A stretch of 64,000 bases of DNA, taken from positions 56,050,001 through 56,114,000 of the forward strand of contig NC_045696.1 of assembly GCF_009834535.1 (NCBI RefSeq). The letters are read 5' to 3'. This document shows positions 40,723-53,789 of the stretch, one piece after another; the first letter of the stretch is position 1, and every line of letters begins with the position of its first letter. Under the pieces are notes generated by a model, which saw nothing but the letters and a program-made list of their open reading frames with translations, was not told the origin of the DNA and did no database searches. This DNA comes from Camelus ferus. Taxonomy: Eukaryota. The translations under genes and the position numbers were made by a program.

Positions 40723-41451
40723 ATACATATATGTGTGTAGTTTTACAAGTTATATATATGTATGGCTCATGCATACATCAGTGTAGTTTTATAGGCAAAA
40801 CAGGAGCAGTGCAGAAGGAACTCAGGTGTCTGGGCCTCACTCACACGTGCTCCTCCCCACGTCATTTGCTTTTGTAATATTTCCAAGACATTTAACCACA
40901 ATTGTTTTAGACGGTTTCTACTCACTGATCATATTTTCCCTCCTGAAGCCATCGGTGGTGGAACAGCCGTGTGCACAGTCAGGGTCGGGCTGGGTGCCGT
41001 GCAGCGGGGGCACATTCGGTCTGGGCGCTGGGCTGCAGTCACGGGCAGAGCTGAGTCACTGCTGGCCTCCCAGCGTGGACACGCTTCCGGGGTCACCCCA
41101 GTCTGCCTGCTCGCCCACCGTCCGCCAGGAATGCGCGGGGCCCGTGTTACCACACCTGTGGTGTCCAGCCCAGGCTAAAGGAGGCAGCCGAGGTTTGAAA
41201 TGTGTGCAGCCAGAACTTAATCTGTGGAAAATCCTTCCAAATAAGAAGGCTTAAACAAAAAATAAAAATCTTGATAGAGGTTTTCTTAAGTTGACAACAA
41301 TGTTCAACATACTTGTGAAGATGAAACTTTTCTCCATGATCATAATCAAAAGCAAATTTTGATCAGCAATTCTAGGGGAAAGACTTCATTATCTTTCTGT
41401 TGTTTATATTAAAAAATGACGCTATGAAATCATTATTTTATGAGGAGTATA

Positions 41452-41935
41452 AGTCACTTTCTATTGCTGCTGTAATAATACCAAAAACTTGGTGGCTTAA
41501 ACAAAACATAATGTATTACTCACAGTTCTGGATGTCCGAAGTCCAAAATCAGTACCACTGGACTAAAATCAAGGTGTCCGCCAGGCTGGTTCCTTCAGGC
41601 AGGCTCTGGGGAGAATCTTTGCCTTTTCCAGCTTCTAGATGCCGCCCAGGTTCTTTGGCTCCTGGGCTCTTCCTCCCTCTTCAAAGCCAGCAACACAGCA
41701 TCTGACCCCTTTTCCATCATTGTATCTCTTTCTTGGAACAAACCAGGAACATTTTTTTAAGAACTCACATTACCTAGATTGAGTCCACTTGGGTAACTCT
41801 GGCTCATTTCCGCAGCTCATGGTCTGTAGCCTTAACCACAGCTGCAAGGACCCTTTTGCCATGTAAGGAAACAGTCACGTGTTCTGGAGATTAGGATTGG
41901 GATGTTTTGGGGGTGCTGTTATTCTGTCTTCCACA
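41452..41935 (-). mobile_element. MLT1-type MaLR LTR
   Basis: ttctattgctgctgtaataataccaaaaacttggtggcttaaacaa...ccttttgccatgtaagg...ttattctgtcttccaca. Confidence 0.78.
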
Positions 41936-44900
41936 AAGAGACAATCAAGGATATTCCAGAGGTGTGTCAGGCAATTAATTTACTGAAATGCTACCTTATT
42001 TTTCGGGAGTTTGTGATGTGTGCTACTTGTCCTTTTTAATAGTTGTAATTTATTGTGATTTCTCTCCTCAGTCTTTCTCACAAATACATATTTTCTTTGG
42101 TACCTAATTATATGTTTGCTACTTTGAATTCTTTGCCACAGAAACGACTCCCCTAATTGTATAAGCCCCAGACCCCACATAAGCTGACAAAGGGCACTTC
42201 TGCTTGCCCATTGATTCAACTGAGAACTTGAACTCTCTCCCGCGGCCAGCAGGGGAGTCTGCTGCTGGCCGAGGTGGGTGACCCACGGGCTCCCGGGCCA
42301 GCAGGGGAGCCAGGGAGTGGGAAGTGGAGCCGACCTGTGTCTCACAGTGACCCTCCTCCTGTCTGTGCCCCTGGAGGGTCACTTTCCCGAGCAAATGCAG
42401 AACCTAGACCTGCCCTAAGGGATGCGCAGAACGACAGACAAGGGCAGGGGTGAGGCTGGGGTCCCTTGCTGAGGCATGAGCCCTGAACCGTTTCACTGGG
42501 AACGTCATAAATCTGCTTTGGCAAGTGCCATGATTCTCCTGGGTTCACGCAGGCAGCTCTTGCTCCCTGATTAATGGCCAAGACACTGCAGCGTGTCTGC
42601 TTTCCCCTCTGGGATTCTTTTCAGGCCTCAGCAGTCACTGGCGGCCTCTCTGCTGTTCTCGCGCTACCTTATGAAAAACACCCATCCCCAGCGGTTTCTC
42701 TCTGGCCGCAGTTAATATGCCCTCTTCACCTCCCAGCGCTGCCTGCCCTCTGCCGCCGTGTCCCTCCCTTTGTCTTGAACGTCTTTCACTCTGCTCTGGA
42801 CTGTTTCTGAACAACAGGCCCCCATCCTCACTTCCTTAGCACTCGCTCTCTGTATCTCTCAGCTACATCCCATCACCCTGACCAGGGCTTCGCTCTTGCC
42901 TCCCTTCCAGCATTAGCGTTTCCTGCGCTAGTGAGAATTTTCTCCCCTGCTCCACATCTCTGCTAAACTTGCACAACCTAAGAGGCAGCACCTGGGGGGG
43001 GGGGGGCCCTCCTGACTGGCGTTTTCTTCTTTCTCGCACATAAAGACAACCACTTCCCACATCAATACCTGACTCCTGGCCTGTTGGCCCTGATGCTGCC
43101 AAAGCACTGCCCACACTATCTCTAAATATTTGACTCCAAAGGTTACTAGTTGATCACCATCCACCCTCCTACTTTCCCCTAAGGCAGAGTCTTCCCAGCA
43201 CCTTCCTTCCAGTCCTTGCCTTTCCCACGTTCCTTCTGCAGCAGAGGAGCGAGCATCATCACACATCTTTCTGGTGTTTCTCTAGTTTGGAGACAAGATC
43301 AGCCATCCATCCTGTATCACTGTGCCATCTCAGGTCGTTTATCCATTCACATTGAGTGTGCTGCCTCTCGCAGCCTAGTCCCCTGACAATCAGGGAATCC
43401 CAGGTCCTGAAGCAGGGTCTCATTCAGCGTAATTTCAGAACCTGAAATTGCTGTGAGTCCTCATGCAGCACCTCTTAACAGCTCTGCCCTTGTGTGAGCC
43501 TCCTGGAACCCAGCCTCCTCCTCCTGGTCCCAGCTCACCCTTGGGCTCCGTCTAGTTCCCGTCCTCCAGGCTGCCCGGCAGCCCTCTCCTTGCTCTCCTT
43601 TTCACCCATGAGTCCTGTGCTAGTCTCCTCTCTCCCCTGCCTCCCAGCCCCGTTCCTCTCCTCTTCCTCCTGAAGATGCTTGCTCTTTCTCCAGCAGAAA
43701 CAATCCATGTTTTCTTTAGAATGTCCCCCCTCACTGTTTCGTCTCAGGATGCACCACTCTCCTTCCTTTCTTTCTCCCCAGAGTCAAACGTGTCTCCCTG
43801 AGCTGCATGCTCTCCCCGCTCCAGGGGTTCCCTCTGGGCTGGCTTCTGAGTGGCACATGTCTCTCCAGTTCCTCCTTCACTCCTCTCCCCACCAGAGCAG
43901 CCTGTGGCAACACCCCCGCATAGCTCACTCTCCTCTTCCTTTTCATGCCAAAGGCCATGCTGACTTCTTCCAGCACATTCCATTTTATTCATAAGAATCC
44001 GGAGCGCCAAGGAGTTAGTGAGGAGAGAGAATGAGTCAAAGGTCACCAGGACCAGGCCCTCGGGATGACGAGAGCAGGACAATACCTGCCCCATCTCCAG
44101 CCCCAGGGAACATCCAAAGTCCTCTGACCTCCAGGTGACTGTGGGACAGCTGGGCTCTGGTCACAATGAATCATTCCCATATGCAGACCCATGTATGTAG
44201 TCATTCATGGAAGACCTCCTTCTCCCTCATTTAATAGGGTATTCGGGGCCCTTAGCAAATGAAGTAACTGCACACCTTAACATCTGCCTGGTCAGGCCAC
44301 TGCTGCACGTACCCAGGACTGAGCCTTCAGCAACGTCCACGATTTCTCAGGTAGCACGCTGGGGAACCATCCAGAATGTGCAGCCCATCCCCAAAGCTCT
44401 CCAAAGGTCCCTCGCCTATGCTGGTATTTGAAGGGCTTAGTAAAAGGCCCTGGCTGGTGAGATACACAAGAAAAAGGCCCTAACACGAACAGTGACCTAA
44501 ATACAAAGGCTTCTTGAGAACCACTGAATCTGCAGAAAACAGGCAGCGTCAGCCCCCAAAGCTGCAGGTCCTTTCAGCCATTCAGCCGTCTGTTCACACG
44601 AGCCTCCGCTTAGAAAGTGAAGGATGTGGAACACAGACGGAGCCTCCCCGGAGCTGGTCAAGAGCCAGTGGACGGACACGTGCTCCTCTGGCCATGAGAA
44701 GTCCAAGGGTGTGGGACAGAATGCCTCTGAACGGGGCCGGAGTCATGGCAAAGTGCCTTGGTCCCCTGTGCTAGAACCAGAACTGGGGACCGTGGGGAGT
44801 CAATTTCTGCCCAAGAATAGAGAGCCCCCTCAGAGGAACCCCACGGCATGGAGGGCTCTGTCTGATGCGAACTGCCTAGGAGCACGTCTGCGCAGAAACG

Positions 44901-45569
44901 AAGGAGGTTTAGTAAATGGTTCGCCCACTCAGAGGCAAGTTTCGTGAGGGATGCACCTGCAATGTTGAGTTAAGAACACATGTTTTGGGGTTAGACTGAC
45001 CTGGGTTCAAACTCTGGCTTCACCTTCTACTAGCTAATCTCCTAATTAATCCCCCGGCCCAGAGAGGGGCTGAGGACATGTGTGCTCAGGGCAGCAAGCC
45101 CCAGTCACAGATGAACACCAAATTCATTAATTTATTCATTCATCGATTGATGGCTCTTCCTTGCTGAGAATTTACCCCATCTTTGGTATACAGCTAGATA
45201 CTGGATTTTACAATTAATTATTTTCACAACGGCCTTGCTGCAGAAGTATTTCACTTTCATGGAATACAAGAGGTGGTCCTGTCAACCCTCTGCTGGCTGG
45301 ATCTTACAGACGCCCAAGTAGTGAGGAGCAGGCGCAAACCTCAGAGCAAACACAGCTGGATGGTGCAGTTGAAACTACACCTCTAACTGGTCTTATTAAA
45401 TTCACACGAGAGAGATGTGGCTGGCACGTGCCGTGCTAGTTGCTGTCATTTCCTGCCCACGGGCATCATTCTGTAAGGGAAACTAACAGAAGAGTGGAAG
45501 AGGATGGAGCCTATGGGTGTCCACTGGCACCCACCCACCCCAGTTCACGTCTCTATCTGACACAACTCC

Positions 45570-46010
45570 AGGCCTTCTGTTTCCATGATCTCTTGCCATG
45601 TAACATACCTCCCCCAAACTTACTAATTAAACCAACCACCACTTGATCTTCTGTCCTGATCCTGTGGGTTGACAGTGCTCAGCTGGGAGTCCTTCTGCTC
45701 CACAGGGCATGGGCTGGACACTCAACTGGGCTGGGAGGTCCAAGAGCGCTAGCTCACTCATCTGGAGCCTGGCAGGGACAGCTGGAAGGCTGGGGCAGCT
45801 GGGCGCATCCCAGGGCTCTCCCTCTCCCCAGGGCCTCACTGCATGGCAGCAGGGTAGCCAAACTTTCTCACATAGTGATCTAGGCTCCCCAAACAGCAAA
45901 AGCAGAAGCAACCAGGCCTCCTTACGGCTTAGGGGCCAGAACCTGCACAGTGTTGTTTCCCCACGTTTGACTGGGTAAAGCAAGTCACAGACCATCTGTG
46001 ATTCATCCTG
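45570..46010 (-). mobile_element. MLT1 (F/G/H-like) LTR
   Basis: ctgtgggttgacagtgctcagctggg...gctggaaggctggggcagctggg...aaagcaagtcacagacc. Confidence 0.55.
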
Positions 46011-47026
46011 GGAGGGGATGCAATAGGGTGAGAACCTGGGAGAATGAGCTGCGGAATGAACCAGAGTCTGCTTATTTAACTTGGGCCAAAGCCAAAGTTA
46101 TACAGATGCTCCAGAGTGAGGTCCTGGCATTCATTCTAACACCTCCTCATTACGGAACTGGGGATTGTATCAGTATTAATCAGACATAGTTTAAGTAAAT
46201 GTCTCTCCTCTGTGCCCTCGGAGACATTCATCCTCCTGGTGTGTGGCATTTACTGAGCTCCTAGTGAGTTATGCATCATATTGTAATTGTCACTTTCCAG
46301 CTGGGGAATGGCATTGATGCCAATCACTGAGGGAGCAGCCACCTTACTATCCTCAATTGTCCAAAGTTGATCATTTATGTATGGAATCCCGGCTACTGTC
46401 CCCACAGCCCTGGAGTCTACTATTCCTAATGGCTCCTGAATGAAGCTGAAAATTAAGGAAGGTTGGTCTCCTCCAGTGTCTCACATGTAAAATTTTCCCT
46501 TCCTGCAAGGCTCTTTGATTTGGGCACACTTTTTGTGTCTGTGAGCAGTGAGGGTTTCATAGCACATCCTGGATTTCTGCCAAAAGAGTGACCTTCAGCT
46601 TTTGTAGAACCTGGAAAAGGACCAACATAACAGAGCATCTGGTGTGCGGTAGATGCTCAACACAGGCTTGTTAAGTGAAGTGACAAACACTGTGATCATC
46701 ATCATCATGAGTAAGTGAGCTTTCTTTTGCAGAGGACCTAACACACTGAATTTCAATAGTTGTTAGTTACCATTTTAGTATCTTTCTGCCCCATCCCTTT
46801 AAAAGTATTTATTTATGTTTATCAAGGTATAATTGACATATAATGTTAGTTTCAGATGTACAATGTAATATTCGATATTGTACATGTTGTGAAACGATCA
46901 TCACTGTGAGTCTAGTTAACATCCATGACCATCCCTTATTTGCTAACACTCGTCCTGAAACACAGATTGCCCCAGCTAGCAGCTGAATGCATCTGTCTCT
47001 GTCTTTTAACAAGAACATTTACTATA

Positions 47027-47988
47027 CAGTTGACTCTTGAACAACACAGTGTTAGTGGCACCCACCCGCGCAGTGGGAAATTCATGTATAACTTTTGACG
47101 CCCTCCCCACAAAGTTAACTACTAAGAGCCCACTGTTGACCAGATGCCTTACTGGTAACAGTTGATTAACATATATGTTGTATATTACATGTATTATTCT
47201 TACAATAAAGTAAGCTAGAGAAAAGAAAATGTTATTAAGAAAATCATAAGGAGGAGAAAATATGTTTTCAGTACTGTGCTGTGTTTACTGATACCAGAGG
47301 TTGACATTACCTGTTTGCAAGATGAATCGTCTGTCAGTACCTACATCAGAATTGTCTCATATGATACAAAAGACTGCAGACGCTATACGTGTTACTAACG
47401 CTAGACATCAAAAATGAAAAGATAATGTGCAAAAGAAGTTCCTATTTATTTACAGGTATAATGATTCATGGATTGATAACAAAGCAGCAGCAATACGATT
47501 GCTTTATGGTAGTCTAGTGTGAGGGCTTCACATGGTCTAGCCTATATACTAATGAATGGTCATAAAATTTTTATGGCATATATATTACAATCATATTCAT
47601 AATACAGTACTGGAAACATTGTTACATTTTAAAAAAACACTTACCTGTGATAGGTTGATACCCAGTTTTCCAATTACGGGACAGGCCTATTGTACAGTAA
47701 CATAAGTAATGTTATAAAACAGTAAGAAAACTACACATTATTTATATGACACATCACTTACATTATGCCTATGTAAGGATAGGCTAGTATCTACATATAT
47801 TTTATGGGCTCATGACATAACTAATTTTTTTCTTAATTTTTAAAATATTTCTAGGCTATGCAGTTCATCTGAGAGTTTTTTCAAATTGCCCAAATATCCA
47901 AAAATTTTTCCAATATTTTTATTGAAAAAAAAATCTGTGTATAAGTGAATGTGCTCAGTTCAAACCTGTTTTGTTCAAGGGTCAACTG
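47027..47988. mobile_element. Tigger2-type (TcMar) non-autonomous DNA transposon, both TIRs and TA TSD intact
   Basis: TA|CAGTTGACTCTTGAACAA ... TTGTTCAAGGGTCAACTG|TA; the TIRs match at 17 of 18 positions; 962 bp. Confidence 0.88.
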
Positions 47989-49846
47989 TATTTACCCTTA
48001 ATTACCAATATTTCTGCTCTTTCCCACCATCTCAACTTACACTTTCTATTTGTCTCATCTTTTCAATCTCTTTTTATCTCCCTAGTTGGATTTTTTCCTT
48101 CTTCTTCAACTTTTTTTCTTTCCTATTTGCTTCTAAGTCATGCATCCTTTTTTTTGGAATTTTAGGGTTACCTAGAAATCTTAACAAGCATATTTTATTA
48201 ATTATAATCTTTCCTCCCTCAGTACAGAACCTTAGAAATTTTTTACCATGATCATCCATCTTCTAACTTATGTTTTTGCATATTTTAGTTATGTTTTGCT
48301 GTAACGCCCGAGACACTGTTATTATTGGCTTATATAGTTATTGTTTGTTAGGATTTTATGGTCAATTTTATTCAGTTTGCAAATCTGCTTGGGCAATTTT
48401 ATAGTATTTTGCTCTTTCCTTATATGTTCAACCTCTTCTACTATTTATTTAAATACATTCTGTGTTTGATAATTCAGGGGTCTTTGCATGTCTCATTCTG
48501 CTGTAAGTTGTTTTGCTGGCTTTTGCTCATGGTGCCATGTTCATCTTTGATTCATGATTTGTGGGGGTTTTCTCATATTTCTTGAAAATTACTTGTGTGA
48601 TTCTTTGTGTCTAGGTGGAAAGTGAGGAGAGGAGGACTAACCTCTGCTTCTGTGAGTGTCTGAGAGCACTATCAACCCAAGATCACTTTAAATCAAATTC
48701 TTTGTGGCTTTTGTCAACACTCAAAGTATGCATTCTTTCTGCAATCCTGTGTGAGGTCAGGATTATAATGTGAAAAATCGAGGGAGATTCCCACACAGTC
48801 AGTCCTAGTTTCCAGTCAGCCTATTTTATTTGTAGTTTTCTGGCGCTCCTGGGTCAAGGGACAGGTTAATTTTAATTCATCCTTAAAGGTGACTGTCAGT
48901 TCTCATCTGTCATGATGTTGGAAACAGTAATTCAAGTGTTAACATTTTACTGAAAAAAATTTTTTTGACTTAGACAAAAACAACATTATCTGTGGTGGGG
49001 TGACCTAGAGAGACTTCTGTGAAGAGTAGTAAATAGGATAGCTTCCAATTTCTACTCACCGTCCTCAGTGCCCATTCGAAACAGAATTCAAGATGAAAGT
49101 TGCAATAAAAACCCAATTACCTCCCCCACCAAAAGAAAAAAAACTAAAAAAAAAAAAAAAGAAAGAAAAGAAAGATGAAAGCTGCCTGGGGAGGACACCT
49201 TGAGCACAGCTCTATTAATGGGTACCAGCCCTCTGATTACTCACTTACACTCCAGCTCGACTGGGACCTGCCTGGCTATTTTCTCCCTGCAACGTAAGCC
49301 TGACTCCTCTCCTTCTCATCTGCTTAGTTACTCAGTTGAAAACCCTCTTTCTGCCCAGCCTTTCCAGCTCTCTCTGGGAACCTGCACCACAACACACCTG
49401 AGGGGCCATCCCCTGGGGTCTTTCCAATTCCAGAAGCCATCTTGAACAAGTGTCCTGTCCCATGAGCGGCTCCCTGTTCAGGTCTTTGATCAGCTCATGG
49501 CCTTCTAATCTCAGTCCATGTAAGTATGACGTCTGTGGTCCAATCCAGATGGTTTTTTCTTTCTCCTTCTCATTTCTTCCTCTCACCTTTCTCCCCCATC
49601 CCCACCATGTTCTTATTCACGTGTTTTATTCCAGGGCCCTACTACTGTGTATAAAAATGTCACGGTTACGTCTCTTTTTATAGCAACTCTCGTCTTCTAC
49701 CTCCGTTTCTTTCATAAGAAGTCAGCTCTTGAGCCACAGAACTGCATGCGAGTGACACACGGGGTGACGGCCTCAGCACATCCCTGCCCAGCCCTCTCAC
49801 TCCCTGTGGTGTTTTCACTTCCAGTCCAAGAGGCTCAGAAGCAAAG

Positions 49847-50043
49847 CTGGAGGTGAGAGCTGGAGAAAGCTGGCACCATGCTGACCTTGTGCACCGTGAA
49901 GAAGCAGACTCCGCTTCTGGAAATTCCACCGTCAATACAGATGGGGGAGAGGAGGGTCCCCAGAGCTGCCGTGTATGTGGGGACAAGGCCACTGGATATC
50001 ACTTCAATGTCATGACATGTGAAGGATGCAAGGGCTTTTTCAG
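49847..50043 (+). CDS. NR1I2: NR1I2 (pregnane X receptor) exon 2 coding part; CUG start, first zinc finger (exon begins 49825)
   Basis: Acceptor ttttcacttccag|TCCAAGAGG. AAG-CTG-G start, then [13 protein letters not shown]...[25 protein letters not shown](R); donor gtagag. Confidence 0.95.
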
Positions 50044-52860
50044 GTAGAGTTACCAGTCAACTTTCACCCATCTGACACCCTGGGTCACATCTAACTGGGG
50101 TTCTGCCAGTAGCCCACTGGGCACCATCTCAGGGCCTCTGTTTAACCTGACTTCCCAGGTTCAGAGTGTGGGCTGGTGACCTGTCCAAAGGCCTCCTAAT
50201 TAGTCTCAGGAGAACCATTTATATCTGAGAGGAAACCTTCATCTTTTGTCTTCTCATTCTGTTGGGAAAGGTCCCTTCCCATTAAGATATTTCTTTGTTT
50301 CTCCTTGTGTTTTGAATAAAATAGCAAATGAGTCAGTAAAAGAGGAAAGAATTTGAAAATCCAAAATGCAAATGTTCAAATCACTCTTACGGACTGGTGT
50401 TAAGTAAAGAAAGGCATAAAATAAGTGAAGAATATGACAAACCAGCTCACCTAGGAACAGAGAGATCCAAAAAATTAAGGACTAAAAAGTCCCATCCCAC
50501 AGCAAGGCAGGCACACACAGAAGGCTCACACTGTCCAGCTGAAGAAAGAGAAAAAACAAAGCTCAACAGGCTCAAACAGGCTTAGACCAAGCAGGAAAGA
50601 AGCCAGCCAGGGAGGGCGGGGGCTCTCGGTCTGCCCTCCAGGAGGGCTAGGTGTGCAGAGGCCAGCTCCCACTGCAGGGCACACTTGGGACCCCGGGACT
50701 GCCAGCCTAACTTGGCCTCTGCAGAGTTCTTCCTGCTGGTTAGATATTTAAATAGAAACGGACCCTGGTGCCAAGGCCCACTCTGCAGTTCCACCAAAGC
50801 CAGGCTGCCAATCAGCTGGGTGGGGGGCAGAACCCATGGGTGGGGGGCCGTCCAGGCCTGGACCAGCCCAGGGAGGCCCTGCAGCAGGCCAGCGTCCCCC
50901 AGAGTGAAGAAGTCCTGGCTTCAGGGCTGACATGGTCAAGTTTCAGGCATTCTCAGGTCCCAGGGGCTAGGTGAGCCCAGGCAGGTCCAAAGGCTCCCAT
51001 GTTCCAGGGGGAAGTGAATGTCCTTGTCTGTGGGTCTTGACAGAGGCCAGACACAGCAGCGGTGCCGGCCTGCACTCAGCTCCAAGCAACAACCCTCCAC
51101 TCAAAGTGTTTCACCGTTAGGAAAACACGTCACCATGCATATCTAGACGTCTGAGTGCTTCGAGGGGTTGGTGAGCTCAGCTGTTAGTACTTTCTTCTCT
51201 TCTGTCATCAGAGGGTGTTGACCTGGACTGCTCCCTTGGGGGCAGCAAAGTGCCAGGGGCTCAGGCAGGACCCTCATGGTTCACTGAGGAACAGAGAGGC
51301 CCCTCTCCTCCTCTCTCTCAGAACAAGGGAACCTTTCTCAGAAGACCCCCTTACTTCACATGGGCTGGAACTGGGCCCCAGCCTACTCCCGAACTGGCCA
51401 CTAGCAAAGAGCTCAGATGGAGCCCCAAGCGGGCTTAGGCCAACACGGCCGCATGGAGGAGGATGTACATCTGAGCCAGCCCTGGATTCTGCCGGCAGCC
51501 TCCATGTCGACTGCCCTAGGGTGTGGGGCCATTCAGGTGCTGCCCTGGGATGCCCCAAGGGAGGTAGCATACACTGTAGTGGTCAGAGCTTGGATGCTGG
51601 TATCAGGTGGACCTGGACTCAGATTTCTGCTTGACATCTACTTAGAGGACAGGGAGCGATCTGGCTTCTCAAAAACTCAGTTTCCTCATCTGTGCCAGGC
51701 AGATGACATGATGAATTTTGTAGGCTTCAAGAACTAAATTTGCAAAGCTCAGCACAGTCTGCAGCCCACATCTGATCCACAGCCTGTGCTTATGAACATG
51801 GGTCCCTTCCCTCCTACCCATTCTGGGTGGGCTCTCGGGTAAGGTCAGGGGTCTCTTACCCAAGCCAGCAGGTGGTAGGGGTGGCATCTGTGAAACATGC
51901 CCCTGGGCGGGTTGCTGGCCCAAGATCTCAGGCCTCCCGGTTCAGCCCTCAGGGCCCACTCTGCAGCCACGCCTGTCCGTTCTTCATTTTCCACACTGCT
52001 GGACCAGAACCAGAGGCCAGAGCCGAGGAAGAATTTGTTCCTTTCTTCTTAGCTGTGAAAGGAGGGGATAAAGTTAGGGCCACACTGACCGGGCAGAAGT
52101 TCAAGATGCTTGGGCTGCCGGAGAGGGTGGGTGTGCTGGGGTCTCTAAAAGGCTCCCACTCCATTGTCTCCCTCCTGGCGCAGCTATGCAGGGACGCGTG
52201 GGTGCACTGCCTGCTGCTCACTCCACTATTACACTGCTCTGAACCTCTCTGTTCCCCTCCGTCAATCAGGAGAATCCACTTTTCCAACGGGAAAACCTCT
52301 GTCCAATGAGGTAGAGAGTTTCCCATGGTCTACCCATTCCTCTCGCTGCCCCTGGTCCCCCAGTCTAGAATGGGGACTGGGGAAGGCAAGGGGCTTCTTA
52401 TGGCCGCATTGATGGGCCCTGGTTTCCTCCAGCTATCTCTTCCAGGAAGGAGAAATCCAGGAAGAGGCCACCCTCAGGAAACATGGCCCGGTCCTCCTGG
52501 GGTGCCTGGGGACGAGGAGGGAGGGGACAGGGCACAGGAGCTGGGCCGGGCCTGGAGCTGAAGCAGCCCAGAGAGGGCTCTGGCGCAGGCGCTGTGGACA
52601 GCTCTTGAGTGAAAGTTGCAGGCGAGGTTTCCGCCCCTAGCGACTCCCGGGCCTCTGGGGAAGCCCAGCACGGACAGAAGGAAGCTTTATGAGCCCCTAC
52701 TGGTACTTTTCCTGTGAACCCAACCGAGGTCAGAGGCAAAGGCAGGGCCCACAGAGGCTGTGACTGGTGTCCGTGTCGGGAAGGGACAGGGAGACAGACG
52801 CGTGGCCTGGGGAGCCAGGTGCCCCACGTCGCCTACCTTTTGCTCTCTGTCCTCTCACAG

Positions 52861-52994
52861 GAGGGCCATGAAACGCAACGCTCGGCCCCGGTGCCTCTTC
52901 CGGAAGGGCACCTGCGAGATCACGCGGAAGACCCGGAGGCAGTGCCAGGCCTGTCGCCTGCGCAAGTGCCTGGAGAGCGGCATGAGGAAGGAGA
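52861..52994 (+). CDS. NR1I2: NR1I2 exon 3, second zinc finger
   Basis: Acceptor cctctcacag, donor gtgagc. RAMKRNARPRCLFRKGTCEITRKTRRQCQACRLRKCLESGMRKE; 134 nt. Confidence 0.96.
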
Positions 52995-53789
52995 GTGAGC
53001 AGCGGATGCGTGCCCGGGTGGGCGGTGTGCAGGGGGCCAAGGAGGGAACCCCGCCGGCTGTGTACGAGCGCGCGTGCAGGCCTGCAGCAGCAGCAGCGCG
53101 CATGTGCACACGGCAGGGCTCAGCTCGTGGCCTGCCGGCAGCTGCCACGTGCCCCTCTCTCCCCTCACTTGCCCTTGCTTGATTCGTTTGGTTCCCTTCT
53201 TGGTTGTTTTAGCCAAATTGGGAGAGTGAATTGGGGGCGGGAAGCTGGAGACACGTAGTATACTATGACGCCCACCTTCCAGAGCAGCGCATGCCCACTT
53301 GCCACCCAGACCTGGTGTCTTCCAGAGGAACTGTGTGACAGTGACAGAGGGGTTCTCATTCCACCTGTCCAGCTTTGTATAATAGTGTTCCCTGAGCACT
53401 CTGAGATAAAGAGCCTGGGAAAAGGCTGGGAGCTTCCAGTGCATATTTCTCTTCACCAGTCACAGAGGGACCCTAGACCTTGGGCAGCTTTTCAGGGGCC
53501 AAGTTCCCTGGGCATGCTGATAGAGCCTTTCCCACAGACCAGCTGTCCCTGCTGTCCCCTCCCCGCCGACCCCTACAGCTTCACTCTGCACACAGAAGTG
53601 GGCTCCAGAAATCCATGGACGACCCTAAGGCTCCAGGCTACTTAAGAAGTGGTCAAGTTTGATATTTCTTGCTAAGTAGAAGCCCCAACTCTCCTGGGTC
53701 TTGGAGACCCAGAGATCTTGGAGGACTCTGAGGAGTCTTGTTGATATCTGATTCACCAGAAAAGAGTAATCAGCTGTATTTATCGAACA

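Noticed and set aside
39592..45995. Many overlapping 60-160 aa ORFs in intron 1
   Set aside because: No recognisable homology or splice-consistent structure; they reflect moderately GC-rich and repeat-derived sequence.
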